Both the position numbers and the translations under genes were made by a program. Below the pieces are notes generated by a model. That model was given only the letters and a program-made list of their open reading frames with translations, was not told where the DNA came from and searched no databases. 64,000 bases of DNA from a virus. Below are positions 56,294 through 63,798 of the stretch, in pieces. The first letter of the stretch is position 1. Every line of letters starts with the position of its first letter. The DNA is taken from positions 32,001 through 96,000 of the IMG/VR virus record IMGVR_UViG_3300046167_000921; one strand, written 5' to 3'.

Positions 56294-57065
56294 CTTTTAC
56301 AGTGTATGTAGGCAACTTCGACGATTCCTGATAAGAGATCGACCCAAATTCTTGTACTTTTTTGATATTATACTCTTTCCCTGGCACAGTGTTTCGGCTG
56401 TTGGGGTTAGAGAGGTAGACACTGAGAGCCTCCGTCGCTTCCTTCAACGTGGGGTACTTTTCGCCGTTAGGGAAAGTGTAGTAAAAAGAACCTTTTGACT
56501 TTGTGCGAGTTAGATTCCTCTTACCTGCTTCAGCAGTTTTATTAATCGAGTTAATCTTGACCTCGACGGTCGTACCTTGCCTCTTTCGCCCGCCCCTCAT
56601 CTTCGCAAGTATGAGATCTGTGGCTTCGCCTCTATCTCTTGCTTTTACTGTGACTTCAAACTCCTTTGAAGCCACAACCTTCTCTTCGCCGTAGGCAATT
56701 GCCCCTGCGTAATCCCATTTGCCATATTTATACGGCGGTCGGCTCATCGCTTCATTAGCCATGTTGTGAGCTTGTCTTTGTGTGACGACTTCTTTGGTAT
56801 GCATTACGAAGCCATCTTTTAGGCCGATGTGACCTCCATAGGGACTATTGCCATAGTAACTTTTTGCGTCCCTTACTAGCTCCTTGAAGACCACACTCGC
56901 GTTTGACCCTCGACCCTCATCTACGAAATCTGTTGATCCCATGTTCTCCTCTTTTCTGGTATTGATTTTATAGGTATTACCTATTATCAAAAAACTACAA
57001 GGGGACGAGTTAAATAAGGGAGACTTGACCTTTGAACTTGTTGTTTTCAGAGGCGTAAATAGCAC
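56226..57065 (-). CDS. Hypothetical protein (likely start 56942, MGSTDF)
   Basis: SD GAGGAG before the ATG at 56942; near-match late motif at 56986-56997. Confidence 0.55.
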   Translation of the reverse strand: MLFTPLKTTSSKVKSPLFNSSPCSFLIIGNTYKINTRKEENMGSTDFVDEGRGSNASVVFKELVRDAKSYYGNSPYGGHIGLKDGFVMHTKEVVTQRQAHNMANEAMSRPPYKYGKWDYAGAIAYGEEKVVASKEFEVTVKARDRGEATDLILAKMRGGRKRQGTTVEVKINSINKTAEAGKRNLTRTKSKGSFYYTFPNGEKYPTLKEATEALSVYLSNPNSRNTVPGKEYNIKKVQEFGSISYQESSKLPTYTVKGVRNQVKVGKVKGYLFFGSAPN

Positions 57066-58611
57066 AGCTCTTAGGGTCTACCTGTTCCCTCAAGTTAGCG
57101 GGGGAGGTTCGACCCTTGCGGATTGTAGTTGCTTGTCTTCTTAGTGCCTCTTCTGACCTCAGGGGCAAGCTGTCCATTGTATTTGGAGTTGCCCATATAG
57201 AGTCCTCTATATCTACGCCTCTCTCCTCAGCTTCAGCTTGTACTTGAAGCGGAGGTCTGAAGGTCTCTTTGCCTTGCTCTATTAGGCTCTTTTGTCTCTT
57301 AAGGTGGGCTTCTAAAGTCACCCCATTTTGCAGGGCTCGCGGAGTTGCCCATATAGAGTCCCCTATATCGACACCTCTCTCTTCAGCTTCGGCTTGTACT
57401 TGAAGAGTAGGTGCAAAGGTCTCCTTGCCCTGCTCTAAGCGACTTCTCATTCTTGATATGTAGTGCCGTAGGTTCTCACCCCTCTGTGAAGCTGGGGGAG
57501 TTGACCAATTCTGCCCACAGGTCGGTGAATGCTCTTCTTGCAGTATCTGGGACAACTCCATTTCCAAGCATTCTGAGCTCGTCCGTTCTATTGTCAAAGG
57601 ACTCGTACAGCTTGGCTGCACCCATCCTATCGGAAGCCCCATCAACGTCTCTACCCATCTCGGATTCAACTTCATTACGGCTGGATGTGAACCCTTCGCT
57701 TTTCTTCGAACCGTCTTCGTCAGAGTTATCTCTTTGTGATGTATTTCCTGCGTTGTTGGAGTTGGCCAATTCTTTTCTTGCATTGTCGCTTGGATCTGCA
57801 CCCCTAATGTCACCTGTTTGAGTACCCCGTTCTTCCGATAGGCTCTCCCCTCCCCTTTCCATGTTTCCCCCGCCTTCGTATATACTTCCTCCACCCCTAC
57901 TTCTGTCGTAGCTGGGCTTCTCCATAGTGACTCTTGGAGGCTCCCATGAGTATTGCTCTCTTCCTCTTGAGGAGGGGTATACAGAGCCACTTGTGTCTCG
58001 GTTTCGTTCAATGAGCTCATTGACCCATTCCAAGCTTTCTCTTTCGGTACCTCTTTTAATACCAAGTATGAAGACTCGTTTCCTCCTATGTGGAGCACCG
58101 ACTTCTCTCGCTGAGAATACCCCTGCCGTCGCCTCATAACCCACCCTTTCCAATTCTCGAAGCACATGGAGCAGAACCGATGCCCCTTTTGGGTCTGACC
58201 ATCCTTCAGAGCTGAGTTTTGCGGAGAGGATTCCTTCGACATTTTCAAGGAAAACAACGGAAGGTTGGCAAACTTTGACTCCTCTGAGGATGTGTGGGAA
58301 GAGGTGTCTAGGGTCGGAGTCTGCTTGTCTTCGTCCTGCGGCAGAAAAGGGCTGACAAGGGAAGCCTCCTGAGATGAGATCCACTCTTCCACGGAAGATT
58401 TCCCAATCGAGGGTTTTAAGATTCGTCCATACAGGTGCTGCCTCAATAAGCCCTTTTTCCATCTTCGAGACCAAGTTGCAGACTGCGAAGGCTTCGATCT
58501 CCACAAAAGTGACTGTTCTGATAGATCCGAGAGTTCTTTTGAGTCCAAGATCAATCCCTCCGTAGCCTGCACAGAGGGAGAGATGTTTAAGTTCTTTGGT
58601 ATCACCCACAT
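57010..58611 (-). CDS. Alternate-frame partner subunit of the C5-MTase (TRD-like modules plus motif IX)
   Basis: 533 open codons overlapping the MTase; KLNPRWVETLMGLPIGW is motif IX-like; five W-x-(S/T)-P modules; ATG 5 nt after SD GGAG. Confidence 0.65.
   Translation of the reverse strand: MWVIPKNLNISPSVQATEGLILDSKELSDLSEQSLLWRSKPSQSATWSRRWKKGLLRQHLYGRILKPSIGKSSVEEWISSQEASLVSPFLPQDEDKQTPTLDTSSHTSSEESKFANLPLFSLKMSKESSPQNSALKDGQTQKGHRFCSMCFENWKGWVMRRRQGYSQREKSVLHIGGNESSYLVLKEVPKEKAWNGSMSSLNETETQVALYTPPQEEESNTHGSLQESLWRSPATTEVGVEEVYTKAGETWKGEGRAYRKNGVLKQVTLGVQIQATMQEKNWPTPTTQEIHHKEITLTKTVRRKAKGSHPAVMKLNPRWVETLMGLPIGWVQPSCTSPLTIERTSSECLEMELSQILQEEHSPTCGQNWSTPPASQRGENLRHYISRMRSRLEQGKETFAPTLQVQAEAEERGVDIGDSIWATPRALQNGVTLEAHLKRQKSLIEQGKETFRPPLQVQAEAEERGVDIEDSIWATPNTMDSLPLRSEEALRRQATTIRKGRTSPANLREQVDPKSCAIYASENNKFKGQVSLI
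57185..57437. repeat. About 97-bp direct repeat, two copies, 156-bp period
   Basis: Copies start at 57185 and 57341; encode EQGKETF.P.LQVQAEAEERGVDI.DSIWATP twice. Confidence 0.9.
57476..58609 (-). CDS. DNA (cytosine-5)-methyltransferase catalytic subunit lacking motif IX
   Basis: SLCAGYGG (I), GGFPCQPFS (IV), FLENVEG (VI), PHRRKRVF (VIII) and LGNGVV (X). Confidence 0.92.
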   Translation of the reverse strand: MGDTKELKHLSLCAGYGGIDLGLKRTLGSIRTVTFVEIEAFAVCNLVSKMEKGLIEAAPVWTNLKTLDWEIFRGRVDLISGGFPCQPFSAAGRRQADSDPRHLFPHILRGVKVCQPSVVFLENVEGILSAKLSSEGWSDPKGASVLLHVLRELERVGYEATAGVFSAREVGAPHRRKRVFILGIKRGTERESLEWVNELIERNRDTSGSVYPSSRGREQYSWEPPRVTMEKPSYDRSRGGGSIYEGGGNMERGGESLSEERGTQTGDIRGADPSDNARKELANSNNAGNTSQRDNSDEDGSKKSEGFTSSRNEVESEMGRDVDGASDRMGAAKLYESFDNRTDELRMLGNGVVPDTARRAFTDLWAELVNSPSFTEG

Positions 58612-58738
58612 TGTTTCTCCAATGGCGATTAGTGTATTTCTTTATACCATCTCAAAAGAATTCCAACACGACCTCCAACGCCTCGAACCTAGGAGTGGCC
58701 TTTTTAATTATTTGGATTAGCTTTTTTTATGTCCCATG

Positions 58739-58993
58739 CTATCTTCCGATTGCTATCGTGCTGCCGTCCTCATCACGGATGATCCTCGCTCGGACTCTTC
58801 TTGTGAGTAGGTCATGCCTGCTGAGTACCATCCCTGTGAGGTCAGCCCCCTTAAGGTTCGATCCTTTGAGGTCTCTTTCCCCTGCCCTTATCTTCTCCAG
58901 AGGAGACTCAAACAGACCAAAGAGAGCTTCCTTCTCAAGGGAAGCTATTCTTAAATCAAGTTCTTGCAGGGTCTCTCTCGCTGTCTTTCTCAT
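58739..58993 (-). CDS. Short or truncated pentapeptide-repeat protein with leader tag
   Basis: RETLQELDLRIASLEKEA followed by RDLKG-SNLKG-ADLTG. Confidence 0.6.
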   Translation of the reverse strand: MRKTARETLQELDLRIASLEKEALFGLFESPLEKIRAGERDLKGSNLKGADLTGMVLSRHDLLTRRVRARIIRDEDGSTIAIGR

Positions 58994-59028
58994 GGTTCTC
59001 TCCTCTTAGTAGTAGGGAGAGGGGTTAG

Positions 59029-59040
59029 ATAAATAAACTA
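59029..59040 (-). promoter_or_regulatory. Putative late-promoter motif (TAGTTTATTTAT)
   Basis: Exact match (TAG is also the upstream stop); followed by a CTCTCC/GGAGAG stem over the SD. Confidence 0.5.
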
Positions 59041-60111
59041 ACGAGAAAGGAGGTGGGTGAGGTCGGGTGGGAGACTATTGGCTAGATGGTAGTTTTTGGT
59101 TAAGAGGAGCTGCTCTAGGGTCAGATTTCTAGCCCCTTTGAGGTTCGCACCCTCAAGGTCAGCTCCTGTGAGCTTCGCGTCTCTGAGGTCAGCCTTTGTG
59201 AGGTCAGCCCCACGAAGGTCAGCCCGTCTGAGGTATACCCCTCTGAGGTCAGCCCCTATGAACTTTGCCTCTCTGAGATCAGCCTCTATGAGGTTAGCAC
59301 CTTCGAGGTCTGTTCCTTCGAGGTAAGCCCCTGTGAGATCAGCCCCCCTGAGCTTCGCCTTTATGAGGTCAGCCCGCTGGAGGTTCGCCCTACTGAGGTC
59401 AGCTCCCGTGAGGTTCGCACCCTCAAGGTCAGCACCACTGAGGTTAGCACCACTGAGGTTAGCACCCTCAAGGTCTTTTTCCCCAGATCGGGCTAAAGTC
59501 TCCCAGCTTGAAAACATCCTTTTTACACGATCAATGACCCCCGCTTCCCTCTCAAGGGAAGCGACTCTTAACTCAAGTTCTTGTAGGGTCTCTCTCTGGA
59601 GCTGGTTGAGCATCTTAGATGCGTCACTCCCTCTCTTAACAGGATTTTTAGGCTTCCTCTTTCCTCCGACCCTTTCAACAGAAAGGGTCTTCCCTTTCCA
59701 ATCATAAGTGATCACTATCTTTCTTTTTCGAGGACCTGGAGACCCGATGATCTCAATGTAATCAAAACGCTGAGTAACCATCTTTATATCGAGAGTATTT
59801 ATTTGAAGTTTTAAGCTACGCAAAGCGTCATCAATACGATCATCTAAATCAGCCCAATTCTCGTCTACCTCGCTCCTATCGGCAATGAAGATTGCGATGT
59901 CTTCTGTTGTAGCGTGTTGCGGAAGACCAACCTTGCTCGCTCTTTTTACCTCTTTTCGGGTTCTCTCCTCTACCGTCTCACCCTTGTGGGAGAATTGGTC
60001 AGAAATAGACAGAGGTATCCCTCCTGCATTCTTGAGATGAGTTCCTGTCAGATCTGCATCTCCAAGTTTCGCACCTTCAAGTGCTCTTTTTACGTCATTT
60101 GGATTAGCCAT
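59038..60111 (-). CDS. Mosaic pentapeptide-repeat protein
   Basis: About 22 A(D/N)Lxx repeats in the C-terminal third; internal leader RETLQELELRVASLEREA. Confidence 0.9.
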   Translation of the reverse strand: MANPNDVKRALEGAKLGDADLTGTHLKNAGGIPLSISDQFSHKGETVEERTRKEVKRASKVGLPQHATTEDIAIFIADRSEVDENWADLDDRIDDALRSLKLQINTLDIKMVTQRFDYIEIIGSPGPRKRKIVITYDWKGKTLSVERVGGKRKPKNPVKRGSDASKMLNQLQRETLQELELRVASLEREAGVIDRVKRMFSSWETLARSGEKDLEGANLSGANLSGADLEGANLTGADLSRANLQRADLIKAKLRGADLTGAYLEGTDLEGANLIEADLREAKFIGADLRGVYLRRADLRGADLTKADLRDAKLTGADLEGANLKGARNLTLEQLLLTKNYHLANSLPPDLTHLLSR

Positions 60112-60152
60112 GATTATGCTCCTTGTTACTTGTGTTCACAAAGAGAGGCTCG

Positions 60153-60164
60153 ATAGAGAAACTA
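60153..60164 (-). promoter_or_regulatory. Putative late-promoter motif (TAGTTTCTCTAT)
   Basis: Exact match within the duplicated leader. Confidence 0.55.
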
Positions 60165-60899
60165 TCGGTTGAGATCCTTCTTCAAGGCTTTGATCTCTCT
60201 TTGAAGCTCTCTATTCATCCGAGAAGCTACGCGGATCTGAGAAGCTTTGCGACCTCCCTTTTCCTCTTTCTCTCTGCGGGCTTTTTCTTCGACCGTCTCT
60301 CCCTTGTGGGGGAATTTATCAGAGATAGACAGAGGTATGCCTTTCGCATCTGATAGACCCGCACCTGATAGATCCGCACCTCTGAGTTTAGCTTTTCTGA
60401 GATCCGCCTCAATGAGATCCGCACCTAGGAGCTTCGCACCTCTGAGATCCGCTCTTACTAGCTTCGCACCTGTTAGATCCGCACCTGTGAGTTTAGCATC
60501 CTTAAGATTCGCATCTGTGAGATTCCCACCGCCAAGTTTCGCACCTGCGAGTTTAGCATTCCAGAGATACGCATTTCTGAGATCCGCATTTGTGAGATCC
60601 GCACCCTCAAGATTCGCGTCCTCAAGATTCGCACCCTTGAGATCCGCATCTATGAGAACCGCTCCTATAAGTTTCGCACCAAAAAGATTCGCTCCTGTTA
60701 GATCCGCACCTGAGAGCTTCGCTCCTATAAGTTTCGCACCAAAAAGATTCGCTCCTGTTAGATCCGCACCTGAGAGCTTCGCACCGTCAAGATCCACACC
60801 TTCAAGATTCGCTTCAGTTAGATCCGCATTTCTGAGATCCGCACCTGATAGATTCCTATCACCCGCAAGTGCTCTTTTTACGTCATTTTTATTAGCCAT
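60162..60899 (-). CDS. Pentapeptide-repeat protein
   Basis: About 34 consecutive A(D/N/K)Lxx repeats; C-terminal RKASQIRVASRMNREL tag. Confidence 0.95.
   Translation of the reverse strand: MANKNDVKRALAGDRNLSGADLRNADLTEANLEGVDLDGAKLSGADLTGANLFGAKLIGAKLSGADLTGANLFGAKLIGAVLIDADLKGANLEDANLEGADLTNADLRNAYLWNAKLAGAKLGGGNLTDANLKDAKLTGADLTGAKLVRADLRGAKLLGADLIEADLRKAKLRGADLSGAGLSDAKGIPLSISDKFPHKGETVEEKARREKEEKGGRKASQIRVASRMNRELQREIKALKKDLNR
60661..60780. repeat. Perfect 60-bp tandem duplication inside the pentapeptide gene
   Basis: 60661-60720 is identical to 60721-60780 (four pentapeptides, one beta-helix turn). Confidence 0.97.
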
Positions 60900-60940
60900 A
60901 ATTATGCTCCTTGTTACTTGTGTTCACAAAGAGAGGCTCG

Positions 60941-60952
60941 ATAGAGAAACTA
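60941..60952 (-). promoter_or_regulatory. Putative late-promoter motif (TAGTTTCTCTAT)
   Basis: Exact match, purely intergenic (not a stop codon). Confidence 0.6.
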
Positions 60953-61046
60953 TCGAGTCAGAGGGGCTTCGCACTCACAAGCTGATGCCGACTTTAAAGT
61001 AGTTATAGAAAGGTATATCTGAGAGATAAGTTATCTCAAACGCCCA

Positions 61047-62018
61047 TTATGCCGAGATATTTGACCAATCCCATTCGCCAACTAAACCATCAGCCGAATA
61101 TTGTGTAACCACCGACTCAAAGAAATTAGAGTGGTCATCGCCACTTACGACCCAATCAAGCCACTTGAGAGGGTTGGTCTTTTGACCAAAGATAGGCTTG
61201 AGTCCGAGTTGTAGAAGTCTACGGTCAGCAAGGTAACGAACATAGGTCTTAACCTCATGTGAAGTGAGCCCCTCAAGTTGAACGCCTCCGAATATCAAGT
61301 CCACCAGAGCATCTTCGAGTTCTACAGCCTTTTCATAGTTGGTGTAGATATAACTCTTGAGTTTATCTGTCACTACTCGCGGGTGTTCTTTGCAATACTC
61401 TTGGAAGAGCTTCGTCATCCCCTCAACGTGGATGCTTTCGTCACGAATCGACCATTCAACGATCTCGCACATCCCCTTCATCTTCCCAAACCTTTGGAAG
61501 TTGAGAAGCATGACAAAAGCAGAGAATAGGCTCATGCCTTCGTTACATACAGATCTCGCTAGCTCGAATGCGAGATGTGTTGCTTTCCCTAGCCCCTCTG
61601 GGGCATTGGTCATAAACTCAATCTTCTCACGCATAGCCTCAAACTCAAGAAAAGCAGAGTATTCCTTCTCTGCAAGTCCGAGTGTATCATTGAGGAGAGC
61701 ATATGCTCTCTGGTGTGTTCCTTCACGGTTGGCGAAGGAGAGCAGCATATTGCGGATCTCATTGTTTCTGAATGAGCTGATGAAGAGGTCACAATAGTTT
61801 CCTCCGACAGCTACGTCAGACTGAGTGAATATACGGAGAATCTGCGTGATGAAGTCTTTCTCTTCAGCAGTGAGTTTCCCACCCTTCCATTGGTTTACGT
61901 CTTCTTGGAGCTTTGCCTCCCAACTCCCCCAATGGATCTTCTCATGTTGTTCTGTTGTGATCATAGCCCAAGGGTATTTGAAGGGCTTAAATGTAGTGCT
62001 GTATTCAGTAAGGCTCAT
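61047..62018 (-). CDS. nrdB: Ribonucleotide reductase class I beta subunit
   Basis: FTQSDVAV, REGTHQRAY, NEGMSLFSAF, WSIRDESIH and SNFFE. Confidence 0.95.
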   Translation of the reverse strand: MSLTEYSTTFKPFKYPWAMITTEQHEKIHWGSWEAKLQEDVNQWKGGKLTAEEKDFITQILRIFTQSDVAVGGNYCDLFISSFRNNEIRNMLLSFANREGTHQRAYALLNDTLGLAEKEYSAFLEFEAMREKIEFMTNAPEGLGKATHLAFELARSVCNEGMSLFSAFVMLLNFQRFGKMKGMCEIVEWSIRDESIHVEGMTKLFQEYCKEHPRVVTDKLKSYIYTNYEKAVELEDALVDLIFGGVQLEGLTSHEVKTYVRYLADRRLLQLGLKPIFGQKTNPLKWLDWVVSGDDHSNFFESVVTQYSADGLVGEWDWSNISA

Positions 62019-62054
62019 TGTTACCTCTATCTGTTATTGAAGTCGCCCCAAACA

Positions 62055-62094
62055 AAAATCGACACCTGCGTTTGATTTCACAGGTGTCGATTTT
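62055..62094. terminator. 14-bp perfect inverted repeat upstream of nrdB (terminator-like on the minus strand)
   Basis: AAAATCGACACCTG / CAGGTGTCGATTTT; T-rich tail on the minus strand. Confidence 0.6.
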
Positions 62095-62156
62095 GAGCGA
62101 CAGGATATCAAAGCTGTGTCTAGTATACAGCTTTCAATATAAGAACTATCGGGCGA

Positions 62157-62813
62157 CTAGGGAAGTTTCGGGTTGATCGTTCTAATCAGAGCCTCTAGCT
62201 TATCGTCGTTCTTCCAAGCAGAACGTGCTGAGATCTCATTCATGAAACCCGCTTCCATGAGTTCGTTTGCATAGACTCGAACTCTCTGAGGAGTAGAGTT
62301 CCAGCTCCCTGCACCGCTCACACCTTCTGTATAGTCATAGCTGGGCATGGGTACAGAAAACTCCCACGGAAGTTCGAACATGTCATCTCCCTTAGGACTC
62401 TTCCATCCAATTACAGTCTTCACCTTGCGGTTTGAAGAGAAGGGGAGGATCGGTTCATTAGCCAACAACTCATTGCTATACTTGGGCTTGATGCTTGGAG
62501 CAGTCGCAATCGTGATGTGAGGATACCGATTCGTCACATACGCGGAGAGCTTTGAAGGCACGTCAAGCAAGATCGCGAGAGCCTTGTCATCTAACACATA
62601 ACCCTTGATCTTCAGCTCAATTGAAGACCCAATCAGACCCTCAAGAGGAAGCAAGTTATTGGCGACGCTCTTCTTGTAGAATTCAATCGTCATGTGGTGA
62701 GCGTGTGTCGTCCAATCGCTTGGGACGGAGATACCTTGTCCTCCGAGCCACATGAGGAGGGCTTGTGGGTTGAGTACGACTGCTTGAGAGAAAAGTACTT
62801 TCGTCTTCTTCAT
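62157..62813 (-). CDS. 2H phosphoesterase (tRNA-ligase CPDase-like)
   Basis: Two HxT motifs: HHMTI and PHITI, followed by KPKYSNELL. Confidence 0.75.
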   Translation of the reverse strand: MKKTKVLFSQAVVLNPQALLMWLGGQGISVPSDWTTHAHHMTIEFYKKSVANNLLPLEGLIGSSIELKIKGYVLDDKALAILLDVPSKLSAYVTNRYPHITIATAPSIKPKYSNELLANEPILPFSSNRKVKTVIGWKSPKGDDMFELPWEFSVPMPSYDYTEGVSGAGSWNSTPQRVRVYANELMEAGFMNEISARSAWKNDDKLEALIRTINPKLP

Positions 62814-63103
62814 AACTTGCTCTTTCTTCTATAATATGACACGTCTAAGACTCGACAGATCTCCTTGAATAATTCTTCAAGTGACACATCGGCTTCAAAA
62901 AATAGGTCTTCCCCATCACCTACAAGGAAAGTGACCTTGTCTCTTCCCTCAACCATCTCTGCGTAGTAGGTCTTCTTGCAGTTGGCTTTTTTTATCTCGG
63001 CAAGAAGCTCGTCAAGAGTCCAATTGTGTTCTTTGCCCACTAAGCGATATGCGGGCATACCGTGCTTGCGAGTATCGTAGACTACAATCTTCAATTTGAC
63101 CAA
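62810..63103 (-). CDS. Hypothetical protein
   Basis: 97-aa ORF. Confidence 0.5.
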   Translation of the reverse strand: MVKLKIVVYDTRKHGMPAYRLVGKEHNWTLDELLAEIKKANCKKTYYAEMVEGRDKVTFLVGDGEDLFFEADVSLEELFKEICRVLDVSYYRRKSKL

Positions 63104-63798
63104 TCCTCCAAAAGGGAATCGAGGTTTATATCATCGGTGTTAGTTCCGACATCCTCTAGAGAGATATTCTCAACTTGAACAGGTTGCAGATCCATCTGAG
63201 GGAGAGTTTTTGCAGGTGCTTTTGCGGTTGTCTCCAACAAATCCCCTAGAGTATCTTCGGACTTCTTCCCTGTTGAGTTGTCGAAGTCTGAAGAGATCAT
63301 CGTCTTCGTACCCCACCTCTGCCCTAAAGCGATCTGTTCCTGACAGAGCTTGAGCTGATCTCGAAGCCTGCCTTGCAGGTCTTTGAGGTCTGTTCTCTTG
63401 GCTTTGATCACTGTAATGAGATCTTCGAGGTCGTGAGACTTGAGAGTGAGATCGTTAATCTTAGACTGAATGTGTACAAGCCGAGTTCCAGCTAGGGCTT
63501 CTCGCTCTTTTTGGCTTCGACCCGAGCGGACATGTGGGTCGTGGGCAATCAACTGTGTCTGCTCGATGTTGTATTCCGTCTGTCTGATCAACAAGCCCCT
63601 CTTGATCTTCTGGAGGTTGTGAGACACCTCCATGAATATCCTCTCGGTCTTTGATAGATGACCTCGTACTTCGGAAGTCTTCCTGTTGAGTTTTGAAGGG
63701 CCGAACTCAATAGGATCGGCATCTAGTTGCAGATCCATACTTGTTAGTTGGCTGTATACTCTGTCGATATACTCTTGGTCAATGCTCATCTTTCTCAC
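63091..63798 (-). CDS. Coiled-coil protein with acidic tail
   Basis: Long heptad helices; terminal DINLDSLLEDWSN. Confidence 0.55.
   Translation of the reverse strand: MRKMSIDQEYIDRVYSQLTSMDLQLDADPIEFGPSKLNRKTSEVRGHLSKTERIFMEVSHNLQKIKRGLLIRQTEYNIEQTQLIAHDPHVRSGRSQKEREALAGTRLVHIQSKINDLTLKSHDLEDLITVIKAKRTDLKDLQGRLRDQLKLCQEQIALGQRWGTKTMISSDFDNSTGKKSEDTLGDLLETTAKAPAKTLPQMDLQPVQVENISLEDVGTNTDDINLDSLLEDWSN

Larger units (their letters stand above)
60081..60955. repeat. About 85-bp direct repeat (60081-60167 and 60869-60955) spanning late motif, SD and first codons of two pentapeptide genes
   Basis: ATTATGCTCCTTGTTACTTGTGTTCACAAAGAGAGGCTCGATAGAGAAACTATCG is identical in both copies. Confidence 0.92.

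Noticed and set aside
57411-59009. Plus-strand ORFs opposite the MTase as a third coding layer
   Set aside because: They are short, have no motifs and lack an SD, unlike the same-strand alternate frame that carries motif IX.
59096-61002. Plus-strand ORFs rich in RSAP/RFAP (59096, 59333, 60247)
   Set aside because: They are antisense shadows of the pentapeptide repeats.
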